Position numbers and translations under genes: made by a program. A DNA stretch of 64,000 bases from an uncultured Armatimonadetes bacterium (GTDB taxonomy: Bacteria > Armatimonadota > UBA5829 > DTJY01): assembly GCA_963717145.1 (NCBI GenBank), contig OY970325.1, positions 1,088,001 to 1,152,000 of the forward strand. Direction: 5' to 3'. Shown here piece after piece: positions 52,571 to 64,000 of the stretch (positions are counted from its first letter, which is position 1; every line of letters begins with the position of its first letter). The notes under the pieces were generated by a model that was not told the origin of the DNA, did no database searches, and saw nothing but the letters and a program-made list of their open reading frames with translations.

Positions 52571-55500
52571 ATGAAGTCAGCACGCTCCGTCGTCTGGGCA
52601 ATCGCGCTCGTGACCCTGTTGAGCTTTGTTATCCCGAGCGCGGCTCAGAACACATCCGGTCCGGAAGGGTCCGGCTTACCGGCATTCGCGGCCAGCAACA
52701 CTGAGCCGTGGACCGGACCACTCATGCCGATATTCGAGAAAGCAGCGAAGGCACATGATATCCCGCTGCCATTGCTCCTCACACTCGCAAACTTCGGCAG
52801 CGCATTCGAAAATCGCGGCGACGCTCCAACCATCGAAACCGGCTACGGTGTGATGGCACTCCGCGAGAATGCGGTCCTCAACTCGCTTGCAGAGGGCGCT
52901 GATCTGGCCAAAGCTCCAAAGGCCAAAGTCAAGGTCAACCCGCAGGCGAATATCAACGCCGCGGCGGCGCTCCTGTCGTCGTATGCGAAGAAGATGGGCA
53001 TCGACCGCAGCCAGGGACTTGCCGCCTGGCTCGAACCGATCATCAAGTACGCGGGCCTCGATGAGGAGAACAGCAAGTTCTTCGCATATGAGGTGTTCGA
53101 GAGACTGCTGATCGGCCTGGACGTCAAGAACTCCCGCGGCGAAACCTTCTCGTTCCCGCCGCAGGATATCGGGGCCATCGATATCGGCCCGCTGAGACCT
53201 GCCGATATTCGATTTGCCAACGATGGCTCCGGCGCTCAGTCGTTGGGCACTGACTCCAGTATCGGGGAGGCGCTCTCTGCTCAGTATCCCCCGGCAATCT
53301 GGGATCCGGCGGCGACCTGCAACTACAGTGCCTACTACACGGGCAAGAACACGGTCGTCATCCATACTATCGAGGGTACGGCGGCCGGCTGCAGGTCCTG
53401 GTTCAAGAACTGCAACGCCCAGGTATCCGCTCACTACGTGACATCGGAAGCGGGCGGCGTTTGGCAGTGCGTGGATGAGACTTACAGAGCGTGGCACGTG
53501 GGATGCGCTAACAACTACTGCATCGGCATCGAGAACGAGGGCTATGCCGGCTCTCCAAGCCATCCCGCAAGCCTCTACAACGTCGCAGGACTTCTGACCA
53601 GAGACATCTGCGACAGTTGGGGCATCCAGAAGCAGCACAACGGCTGTCCGCCCGGTGTCCTCGGACACGTGGATATCAACAACTGCGTATGCGGCGGCAC
53701 TCACTGGGATCCAGGCGGTGGCTGGGACTGGGGCTACTTCATGGGAGTCGTGGTAGGCGCTCCGCCTCCTCCGACCTATGCCGCCCACTACGTCGGCCAG
53801 TCGTATCCCGCGACCATGGTCGCCGGATCGACCGCGGTGGCGTGGGCTGAATACATGAACGACGGCACGGCGACCTGGGGTCATGCCGCTACACGACTCG
53901 GCACTCAGGGCCCTCAGGACCGCTGCAGCCCGTTCTACGAGGCCGGCAACTGGATCAACTGTGGCCGCCCGAGTGAAGTCGACCAGAGCGCCGTCTCGAC
54001 CGGCCAGGTCGGGCGGTTCACCTTCGTCATGAGAGCACCGATGACTCCAGGCGCCTATGTGGAGCAGTACCGGCCTCTTCAGGAAGGCGTGACATGGTTC
54101 GGCGGTGACGTCACCTTCTGGATCACAGTTAACGCTTCCACCGGAGGCATCATCGGTACCGTCCGCAACTCGGTAGGCGGCGCAGGCATCTCCGGCGCTA
54201 CGGTCAGTATCGACGGCGGCGGATCGACTACGACTGATGCGAACGGTTACTACTCGTTCAGTGGGCTCAACGCCGGCGGGTACACACTGAATGCCAGCAA
54301 GTCGGGCTTCAATCCGGCAAGCGCCGGGGTTAGCGTGACCGCGGGGTCCAACACGATTCAGGACTTTTCGCTCACACCGACCGATACCCAGGCGCCGACT
54401 GTGCCGACCAACCTGGCGGCCGTTCCGGTCCTGCCGACTCAGATCAACCTGAGCTGGACTGCTTCGACCGACAACGTCGGAGTCACCGGATACAAGGTAT
54501 TCCGAGACGGCAACTTCCTAGGAGCAGTCAGCGGAACCACCTATCCCGACGGCGGCCTTGCGCCGAACACCAGTTACTCATATCGCGTGTCGGCCTACGA
54601 CGCGATCGGCAATGAGTCCGCTCAGTGCGGCGCGGTCGTCGATCTACTCCGCCGAACGAGTACATCATCGACAACACGGGGGCGACGTACACCGGGTCAT
54701 GGTCGACTGCTACCGCTTCCACTGACAAGTACGGCGCCGACTACCGATTCGCCAGCACCGCAGTCAATGAGAGCCGGACTGCGCGCTTCACGCCGAATCT
54801 GCCGAATGGCGGTACGTTCGACATATATGCATGGTGGACGGTCGGAACTAACAGGGCGACCAATTCGCCATACACCGTCTACTACAGCGGCGGCTCGCAG
54901 ACTATCAACGTAAACCAGCAGGTCTCCGGCGGAACGTGGAATCTGCTCTTTACCGGCAAGACCTTCGCCATAGGCACGGGCGGATACCTGAAACTCGGCA
55001 ACGGTACCGGCGCAACCGGCAAGATCGTTGTTGCCGATGCAGGGCGGTTCATCATGACCTCGGTGGATGCAATCCCGCCGAGCGTCCCGACGAATCTCGC
55101 TGGGAACCCAGTGTCGATGACCCAGGTGAATCTGACCTGGACCGAATCGACCGACAACGTCGCAGTGGCCGGTTACAACGTCTACCGCGACATGGTTCTG
55201 ATCGGCTCGACCGCGGGGGTCGCCTACAACGACACGACCTGCGCGCCGGGCACGGCATACAGCTACCAGGTAGCAGCGTATGACACGGCTGGCAACGAGT
55301 CGGCCCTGAGCGCGGCGGCAAACGTGACCACACCGATGGATACTGAGGCGCCGAGTATTCCGATGAACCTCGCCGGAACCGCGATCTCCGAGACCAGGGT
55401 AGACCTGACGTGGACCGCTTCAACCGACAACATCGGAGTGACCGGCTACAAGGTCTTCCGAGACGACGTCCAGATCGGGACGAGCGCAACCACTGCTTAC

Positions 55501-58344
55501 TCGGACACCACTTGCACCATAAACACCACGTACATGTACAAGGTGTCGGCTTATGATGCTATCGGCAACGAGTCCGCAAGGAGCACTGCCGCCGAGGTCA
55601 CGACTCTGGGCAATGACACAGAGGCTCCGACCGTTCCTGCGAACCTCCAGGCGACCGCGGTTTCCGCCACTCAGGTGGATCTGGCATGGGAGGGCTCGAC
55701 GGACAACGTCGGAGTCACCGGTTACAGGATCTTCCGCGACAATGTCGAGATCGCCACAAGCGCCTTGACGACCTATTCCGACACAACCTGCGCCGAGTAT
55801 ACGGCCTACACCTATGAGGTGTCAGCGTACGATGCATCGAGCAACGAGTCGGCAAGGAGCGCGGCTGCCAACGTCACGACACTCGACGTGACGGCTCCCG
55901 GCATCCCGGCCAATCTGGCCGCGACCGCGGTATCCGGCACTCAGGTAGATCTGATCTGGACCGCCTCGACTGACAATGTGGCCGTCACAGGCTACAAGGT
56001 CTTCCGGGACAGCGTTCAGATCGGTACGAGCGCGACGGCTTCGTACTCCGACACGACCTGCTCGCCTGCGACGACCTACACCTACGAGGTCTCGGCCTAC
56101 GACGCAGCCTCGAACGAGTCCGCCAAGAGCGCGCCGGATCAGGCAACCACCCCTGATACTGTCGCTCCGAGCGTTCCGACCAACCTGAATGCAACGGCGG
56201 TCTCGGGCACCCAGGTCGATCTGACCTGGACCGCCTCGACTGACAATGTGGCCGTTACCGGCTACAAGGTCTTCCGCGACAGCGTCCAGATCGGCACGAG
56301 TGCGACTGCTTCGTACTCCGATACGACCTGCTCGCCTGCGACGACCTACACCTATGAGGTATCGGCTTACGACGCAGCGACCAACGAGTTGGCGAAGAGC
56401 GCGCCCGACCAGGCGACGACTCCTGACACGATCGCTCCGACCGTTCCGACGAACCTCGGGACGACTGTGATATCCGGCACTCAGATCGACCTGAGTTGGA
56501 CCGGCTCCACCGATAACGTTGGGGTCACTGGCTACAAGGTCTATCGCAACAGCGTGCAGATAGGAACCAGCGCGACTCCGTCGTACTCGGATACGACCTG
56601 CTCGCCCGCGACTACCTACACCTATGAGGTAGCTGCTTACGACGCAGCCTCGAACGAGTCGGCAAAGAGTGCGCCCGCTCAGGGGACGACTCCCGACACG
56701 ATCGCGCCGAGTGCGCCCACCAACCTGGTGGGAACTCCGATAGCCTCGACTCGGATTGACCTGAGTTGGACTGCATCGAGCGACAACGTGGGAGTGACGG
56801 GATACAAGGTCTTCCGCAACAGCGTGCAAATCGGCACGAGCGGTACGACCAGCTACTCCGATACCACCTGCAGCCCCAACGTAACCTACACCTACGAGGT
56901 GTCGGCCTACGATGCGGCCCAGAACAACTCGGGCCTCAGCAATGCCGTCCAGGTGGCGACGGTGGCCAACACCGACATCATCATGGACAACACGTCGGCA
57001 ACCTACGCAGGCAGTTGGTTCACCGGCACAGCGGCGACCAACAAGTATGGCGCTGACTACCGGTACATCACCACTCAGGCTACTGAGACGGGGACTGCGA
57101 CGTGGACTCCCACAATCGACGTGGCGGGCTACTACAACGTCTACTGTTGGTATCCTCATGGAGGCAATCGGTCCGCGATAGCACCGTACACCATTCAGTG
57201 GGACGGCAGCTCGCAGACCGTTGCGGTCAATCAGCAGATCAACGGCGGCGTATGGGTCGCACTGGTCTCGGCCAAGCGGTTCCAGGCCGGCACAGCCGGT
57301 TACGCCAGAGTGGGCAACGGTACTGGTGAGGTCGCACTAAGCGTGATGGCGGATGCCGTCCGGTTCCTGCTGGTATCGGACGACCTGACTGCTCCGAGCG
57401 TACCGACGGATCTCGCGGCCAACGCCGTTTCGTCGAGTCAGATCGATCTGACCTGGACTGCATCCACCGATAACGTCGGTGTCAGCGGCTACAGGATCTT
57501 CCGTGACAACGTCGAGATAGGAACGAGCGCAACGACCTCCTACTCGAGCACCGGGCTCTCGGGAGGTACTCTCTACACGTACAAGGTGACGGCTTACGAC
57601 GCGATGGGCAATGAATCCGCCCAGAGCGCGCCCGCGAGCGCCACCACCTGGGACGGCATTCCGCCGACGGTTCCGACCGGCGTCGCAGCCTCGGCTGTCG
57701 GTCCCCAGAGGATCAACATCTCCTGGACCGCCTCCACGGATAACGTGGGCGTGACGGGATACAAGGTCTTCAGGAACGGCGGGTATGTTGGTTCCTCGGC
57801 GACCACGAGCTACTCCGACGGCGGCCTCGCACCGAACACGGGATACACCTATACCGTGTCGGCCTACGATGCCGCGACCAATGAGTCCGCTCAAAGCACG
57901 GGCGCGGGTGCGACGACTCCTGGATACCAGGAGACCATCATCGACAACCCGGGCTGCACATGGACCGGCGTGTGGACAACATCGACCTCGGGCACGACAA
58001 AGTACGGTGCGGACTACAAGTACGCCAGTACCGCCGTGAGCGAGGGCAAGACCGCGCGATGGACGCCGACGATTGCCTACGGCGGCAACTACGACATCTA
58101 CGCGTGGTGGACGGCGGGATCCAATAGAGCCACGAACTCCCCGTTCTTCGTGCAATGGAACGGCGGCTCTCAGACTGTCAGCACCAACCAGTCTACCAAC
58201 GGTGGAGCATGGAGAGTGCTGCTGACCGGCAAGAACTTCGCGGCCGGCACTGCCAGCTACCTAAAGCTGGGCAACGGAACAGGCGCTACCGGCAAGGTCG
58301 TTGTTGCCGATGCAGCGCGTTTCGTGCAGGTCAGCGGAGACTGA
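52571..58344 (+). CDS. Giant secreted Amidase_2 (N-acetylmuramoyl-L-alanine amidase) with 10 FN3 and 3 golvesin-like modules; frameshift near 54641
   Basis: Signal peptide; VVIHTIEG, SAHY, AWHVG, IGIENEG, GH, HWDPG; NBR1-Ig-like domain; one added base joins ORFs 52571 and 54625. Confidence 0.85.
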
Positions 58345-58378
58345 TAGCCAACCGCTCGACAGATCGCACGTAACATCG

Positions 58379-58412
58379 AGGGCAGGGAGTGCATGCATTC
58401 CCTGCCCTTTTT
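58379..58412 (+). terminator. Intrinsic terminator (shared family)
   Basis: AGGGCAGGGA...TCCCTGCCCTTTTT. Confidence 0.8.
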
Positions 58413-58485
58413 CATTGTCTACGGATGCTCAGCAGTCACGTCGGCAATTGGACGGAAAATACTCTCGAATAATAGCATTTATGGC

Positions 58486-58625
58486 TTGACATGTCGGTGG
58501 CATAGAGTATAATAGGCGGGAAAGGCTCATCGAGCCAACCAGGGATCGTTTTCTGCTGCATCCATCCGAAGGCCACCAGCGATCGTAGGAGCAGGTGGGC
58601 CGACACATCTAATGGGAGGGATGCA
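58486..58625 (+). promoter_or_regulatory. Promoter plus conserved structured leader (copy 3)
   Basis: TTGACA-16-TATAAT; stem GATCGTT/AGCGATC; loop TGCATCC complementary to GGATGCA at the SD/start. Confidence 0.65.
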
Positions 58626-61600
58626 ATTGAAAGCCTCACGTATTACACCCCCGCTTGCACTGCTCATGGCAGTGCTGGGATGCTTCCTGCTTGCAGGCAG
58701 CTCCCCCGCCGGGCCGGTGGCGTACATCGACCCCGTAGATGGCGACATATTCGTTGTCGATCATCCGGATGCCGTTGACGCTGTTTCGGCTCTGGCACTA
58801 CTCTCTTCACCACCGGCCAATATCCCCTTTGTACAGCAGGTGATATCGGCGGTACCGCCCGGCGCTAAGCTCCTCGACTTCGCCATGGAAGGTGACACGG
58901 CCGTGGTCACTTTCTCGAAGAACATGGTGACGGGACCCGTTGGCGAGGGTCAACTGGCCACTGTGTTCGACCAGGTGAGATGGACACTCTGGAACTATGG
59001 TTTCCAGGGCGATGTGAAGATCATGGTCGAAGGCAACCTGCTGTCGGACTACACTGATCCAACACCATTTGTCGGACAGCGTCCGTCTTGGGATCCGGAC
59101 GCTGTCGGGCTCGGCGGGCACAGCATCACGCTCTCGCCGGGACACGGCTCGGTACTGGAACGGCAGCGGATGGCATACCCAGCGTCCGGTGTACTGCTCT
59201 CCCCTGAACCAGGAGGACTTCCACACTCTAGAGATGGCGGCGACCCTCAGGACCTTCCTGTCGCAGGACAGCATGAACGTCAAGATGGCGCGCCAGATCA
59301 GCAAGACCTACGGCACCTACTCCGTCAGCGGCAAGCCGTGGTGGCAGATGGCGGGATGCTACTGGCTGAAGCAGGCCGGCTATCCCTGCAGCGTATACGG
59401 CAGCTCGTCCGGCTGCACTCTGGGCAGCGGCGCTGACGAGCACAGCGATGACATCCGAGCCAGGCCGCTTGCTTCCGACTACGATGCCACCAACATCTAC
59501 GTCTCGCTGCACACCAATGGCTACGGCGGCAACTGCAACGGTACCGGCTGCCCGAGAGGCACCATCACGTACTATGACTGCAGTTCGGAGCACGCATCCT
59601 GGTGCACGGTCAGTCAGAACCTGGCCGGGGACATACAGAATGCGCTGGTCAGTACGATCCGCTCCTACTATGACTCCGGTTGGACCAACCGCGGTACGGG
59701 CAACGGCAACGGCAACTACGGCGAGATCCGCATACCGAACAGAGCCGCCGTTCTCATCGAGTTGGCCTTCCACGATAGCTGCACCACGGACGCCCTCGCT
59801 CTGCGCGACAACTGGTTCCGCAGCGTATCTATGTGGGGCATCTACAAGGGCATTTGCGACTACTTCGGCGATACCCCGACGTGGGGGTTCTACTCCGACG
59901 AACTGGTCAGCAATACCATCCCGAGCACTATGAATACCGGCGAGACCAAGTCGGTCAGCGTCACCTTCCGAAACCGAGGTGTACTCTGGACCAATGCCAG
60001 GGCTTACAAACTCGGCGCGGTCGGTGACAGCGATCCGTTCACCGCTACGACCCGTCAACTGATCTCCGGAGAGGTCGGTCCGAACACGACCTACACGTTC
60101 ACATTTAACCTGACCGCTCCGAGCACGCCGGGCACTTACACCACAGACTGGCGCATGGTTCGTGACGGGTACACATGGTTCGGCGCTACCTGCTCTAAGG
60201 CTATCACGGTGTCAGGCAGCGACCTCCAGGCGCCGACCGTGCCCCAGAACCTGTCGGCAACGGCCGTGTCACCGTCTCAGGTCAACCTGACCTGGAGCGC
60301 TTCGACGGACAATGTCGGGGTCACTGGGTACAAGGTCTTCCGCGACAGCGTGCAGATCGGTACCTCGGCGACGGCCAGCTACTCTGACACCACGGCAACG
60401 GCAGCCACGACCTATAGCTACCAGGTCTCCGCTCATGATGCCGCCGGGAACAACTCCGCACTGAGCACCGCTGCCAACGTGACCACACCGGCGGTCGATG
60501 TGATCGTCGACAATCCGGCCGCCGTCCTTACGGGCGCGTGGTCTACAGGCACTGCATCCACCGACAAGTACGGCGCGGACTACCAGTTCGTAGGTACTGC
60601 TGCGACCGAGACCAAGAGCGCCAAGTGGACGCCCACCCTCACGTCAGGCGGCACATACAACGTGTACTGCTGGTACACTCAGGGAACCAACAGATCGACT
60701 GTTTCCCCGTACACCGTATCCTGGAATGGCGGCTCGCAGGTCGTTAATGTCAACCAGCAGACGAACGGCGGATCGTGGAGGACCTTGGTCTCCAGCAAGC
60801 CGTTTGCCGCGGGAACAGCCGGCTACGTCAGGCTCGGCAATGGCACTGGAGTAACCGGCGATGTCGTTGTCGCCGATGCAGTCCGGTTCGCAACCGTGTC
60901 TATCGACGTCACCGCTCCGACGGCTCCCTCGAACCTGGCCGCGACCGTTATCTCCGAGACGCAGGTGAACCTTACCTGGACCGGCTCGACCGATAACGTC
61001 GCCGTCACCCAGTATCGCATATACCGTGACGGATCTGAGATAGCGACGAGTACGACGACGTCCTACTCCGACACTAGCTGCTTGCCCGGCAACACCTACG
61101 AATACGAGGTGTCCGCGCTCGATGCCGCCGGAAACGAGTCACCGCTCAGCAATCTCGTCACTGCCACCACTGAGGGCGATTCGACGGCGCCAAGCACTCC
61201 GACCAACCTGGCGGCCACCGTGCTGTCGCAGACCGAGATCAGCCTGAGTTGGACCGCCTCGACCGACAACATCGGTGTCGCCGGATACATCATCTACCGG
61301 GATAACGAGGAACTCGCCACTAGCGCGACCACCTCGTTCATAGATACCACCTGCGCTCCGAGTACGACGTACTCGTATCAGGTGTCGGCATACGATGCAC
61401 GGATGAACGAGTCGGTGCTGAGCGAAGCGGTTCAGGCGACGACTCAGAGCAATGACACCGCCGCTCCGACAGTTCCCACGGAACTCGCTGCAACGGCGGT
61501 ATCCGGCACTCAGATCGACCTGACCTGGGTCGCCTCCGTGGACAACGTAGCGGTCACCGGGTACAGGATCTTCCGCGATAACGTGGAGATCGCGACAACC

Positions 61601-63643
61601 GCCGACCTCTCGTATTCGGACACCGGCCGCACCCCGGCGACCTCATACGGCTACAAGGTGTCCGCCTATGACGCGGCAACCAACGAGTCAGCACCGTGTG
61701 ATCCCGTGAGTGCGACGACGTTCGACACGATCGCCCCGACAACACCGAGCGGTCTGTCGGCTACGGCGGTATCCGGCACTCAGATCAACCTGAGTTGGAC
61801 CGGATCGACCGATAACGTAGGCATCTCGGGGTACAAGATCTATCGCAACGGAGTGGAGTTCAGCTCGACCGGCGGCACATCCTTCTCCGACACGACCTGC
61901 GCGCCGGCGACGACCTACACCTATCAGGTCTCGGCCTACGACGACGCTACCAACGAGTCGGGGCTGAGCAATACGGCGGGCGCGACAACGTTCGATACCG
62001 CGCCTCCGACCGCGCCGACCAACCTGGCGGGGACCGCCATCTCGCAGACCCAGATCAACCTGACCTGGACTGCATCGACTGACAACGTCGGAGTGACCGG
62101 CTACAAGGTCTTCCGAGGCGGCGTCCAGATCGGTACCAGCGGGACGACCAGCTACTCCGACACCACATGCAGCTCATACACGAGCTACATGTACGAGGTG
62201 TCCGCCTACGATGCGGCCCAGAACAACTCCGCGCTGAGCAATCAGGCGAACGCGACTACTCTGCCGTACACGGATCTCATCCTGGACAACACGGTGGCGA
62301 CCTTCACGGCAACGTGGTTCACCAGTTCATCAGCCACCGACAAGTACGGCACGAACTATCGGTACATCACCACTCAGCCAACTGAGACGGAGACCGCCAC
62401 CTGGACGCCGGATGTGGACATCGCCGGCTACTACACGGTCTACTGCTGGTATCCGCAGGGATCGAACAGGTCGGGGGCAGCTCCATATACCGTCTACTGG
62501 GACGGCAGTTCGCAGACCGTGGCTGTCAACCAGAAGTCGAACGGCGGCTCATGGAGGACCCTGGTCAGCACCAAGAGGTTCCAGGCCGGAACAGCAGGAT
62601 ACGTCAAGCTCGGCAACGGCACGGGTGAGGTCGATATGAGCGTCATGGCGGATGCGGTCCGGTTCCTCCTCATATCGAGCGACCTGACTGCTCCGACCGT
62701 ACCGACGAACCTCGCAGCAACCGCGACATCAGCCACTCAGATCAGTCTGACGTGGACGGCCTCGACCGACAACGTAGCAGTGACCGGTTACCGGATCTAC
62801 CGCAATGACGTCGAGGTAGGGACGAGCGCAACCGCCTCCTACTCCGACAGCGGGCTGACCCAGTACACCACGTACACCTACAAAGTCGCTGCCTATGATG
62901 CGATGGCAAACCAGTCGGCCCAGAGCAGCCCGGACTCCGAGACCACCTGGGATGGTCAGGCGCCTACGGTTCCGACGGGACTGACAGCCACCGCTGTCGG
63001 ACCGCAGAGGATCAACCTGGCCTGGACCGCTTCCACCGATAACGTGGGAGTCACCGGCTACAAGATCTTCCGTGGCGGCGTAGAGATAGCCACCTCGGCG
63101 ACGAACAGCTACTCGAACGGCGGTCTCGCACCGAGCACCGCCTACACGTTCACCGTTGCGGCATACGACGCTCGCAACAACACGTCGGCACAGAGCACCA
63201 GCGCCGGTGCGACAACGCCCGCCTACCAGACGATCATCATGGACAATGGTGTGGCGACCTGGACCGGCGTGTGGACTACGTCCACCTCAGGTACGGACAA
63301 GTACGGAGCGGACTACAAGTACGCCAGTACGGCCGCGAGTGAGGGCAAGACCGCCAGGTGGACACCGACCATCGTCTACGCAGGCAACTACGACACGTAC
63401 ACCTGGTATTCGAAGGGCACTAACAGGGCGACGAACTCGCCCTTCACCGTCTACTGGAACGGCGGTTCTCAGACCGTCGCCATGAACCAGACCATCAACG
63501 GCGGCTCGTGGAGGACTCTGCTCACAGGCAAGAGCTTCCTCGCGGGCACGGCGGGCTACGTCAAGCTTGGCAATGGTACCGGTGCGACCGGCAAGGTTGT
63601 TGTCGCTGATGCGGTCAGGTACGTGCAGACCAGCGGGAACTAG
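58621..63643 (+). CDS. Giant secreted GerMN + Amidase_3 protein with 8 FN3 and 3 golvesin-like modules; frameshift near 59150
   Basis: Signal peptide; GerMN-like GDTAVVTFS..QVRWTL..VKIMVEG; ITLSPGHG, YVSLHTNG, AVLIELAFHD; removing one base gives GHGWYWNG and joins the two ORFs. Confidence 0.85.
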
Positions 63644-63675
63644 ACTCCGCTGACTGATGATGCACGACGTACAAC

Positions 63676-63709
63676 GAAGGGCAGGGGTTGATCCCCTGCC
63701 CTTCACTTT
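63676..63709 (+). terminator. Intrinsic terminator (shared family)
   Basis: GAAGGGCAGGGG-TTGAT-CCCCTGCCCTTC. Confidence 0.7.
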
Positions 63710-63744
63710 CTATTGACGCCGGAGCACATATTGGGGTAAGCTCT

Positions 63745-63803
63745 CCGTAGTGGAGGCCTTCAACGGCCTCCCGCCGGGCGGGCGTTGAAGCCCGCCCCTA
63801 CGG
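63745..63803. repeat. GTAG-REP doublet
   Basis: CCGTAGTGGAGGCCTTCAACGGCCTCC ... GGGCGGGCGTTGAAGCCCGCCCCTACGG. Confidence 0.8.
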
Positions 63804-63824
63804 CCCACGAAGGAGGCATCCACG

Positions 63825-64000
63825 TTGAGGAAGCACAAGGAGTCCGCGAGCTTTGCAGTCACCGCACGGCCCATGCCGCCCTTGGAGATCGCGCGCATCC
63901 TCGAATCCGGCGGCCAGGAGGTCGACGGCTACCTCGAAAATGCCATTTACGCGAATCCCAACCCGGAGTATCTCGCTCGGCAGAGGAAGCGCCTGGCCGA
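63825..64000 (+). CDS. Partial CDS of unknown function, runs off window edge
   Basis: AAGGAGG RBS then TTG; open to the end (MRKHKESASFAVTARP...). Confidence 0.55.
   Translation, partial: MRKHKESASFAVTARPMPPLEIARILESGGQEVDGYLENAIYANPNPEYLARQRKRLA

Noticed and set aside
55900-56700. Near-identical 270-bp repeats as a DGR template/variable pair
   Set aside because: Differences are mostly synonymous and not adenine-specific; no reverse transcriptase; these are tandem FN3 duplications.

Overview
GC-rich bacterial chromosomal window; the gene complement suggests Armatimonadota, but that is inference. The left part (1-27.6 kb) is mostly housekeeping: an IS end, tRNA-Ala(GGC), pilT, a STAS/GT4/homocysteine-methyltransferase/gcvTH-PA-PB/lipoate-ligase operon, rho, hpt-guaA, CIRCE-groES-groEL, yvlD-rapZ-yvcK-gap-pgk-tpiA and ogt. 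It also holds a 172-bp MITE with a 9-bp target duplication and many REP-like and heptamer repeats. The middle (27.7-39.3 kb) looks like an eroded genomic island: an IS1182 joining two unrelated truncated genes, a type III R-M locus (mod truncated, res intact), a giant secreted PHP/SdrD-B protein and a tRNA 3'-end att-like remnant. The right part (39.5-64 kb) has three giant secreted predicted cell-wall hydrolases with different catalytic heads (GHL10, Amidase_2, GerMN+Amidase_3) on a shared FN3/golvesin-like tail. These three genes share a terminator and a candidate structured 5' leader that could pair over the SD/start codon. Between them lie an NLR-like HD-STAND-TPR-SEC-C gene and a GH42-like glycosidase. 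Three single-base frameshifts (pgk and both amidases) are probably sequencing errors. Domain calls come from motif recognition, not database searches.
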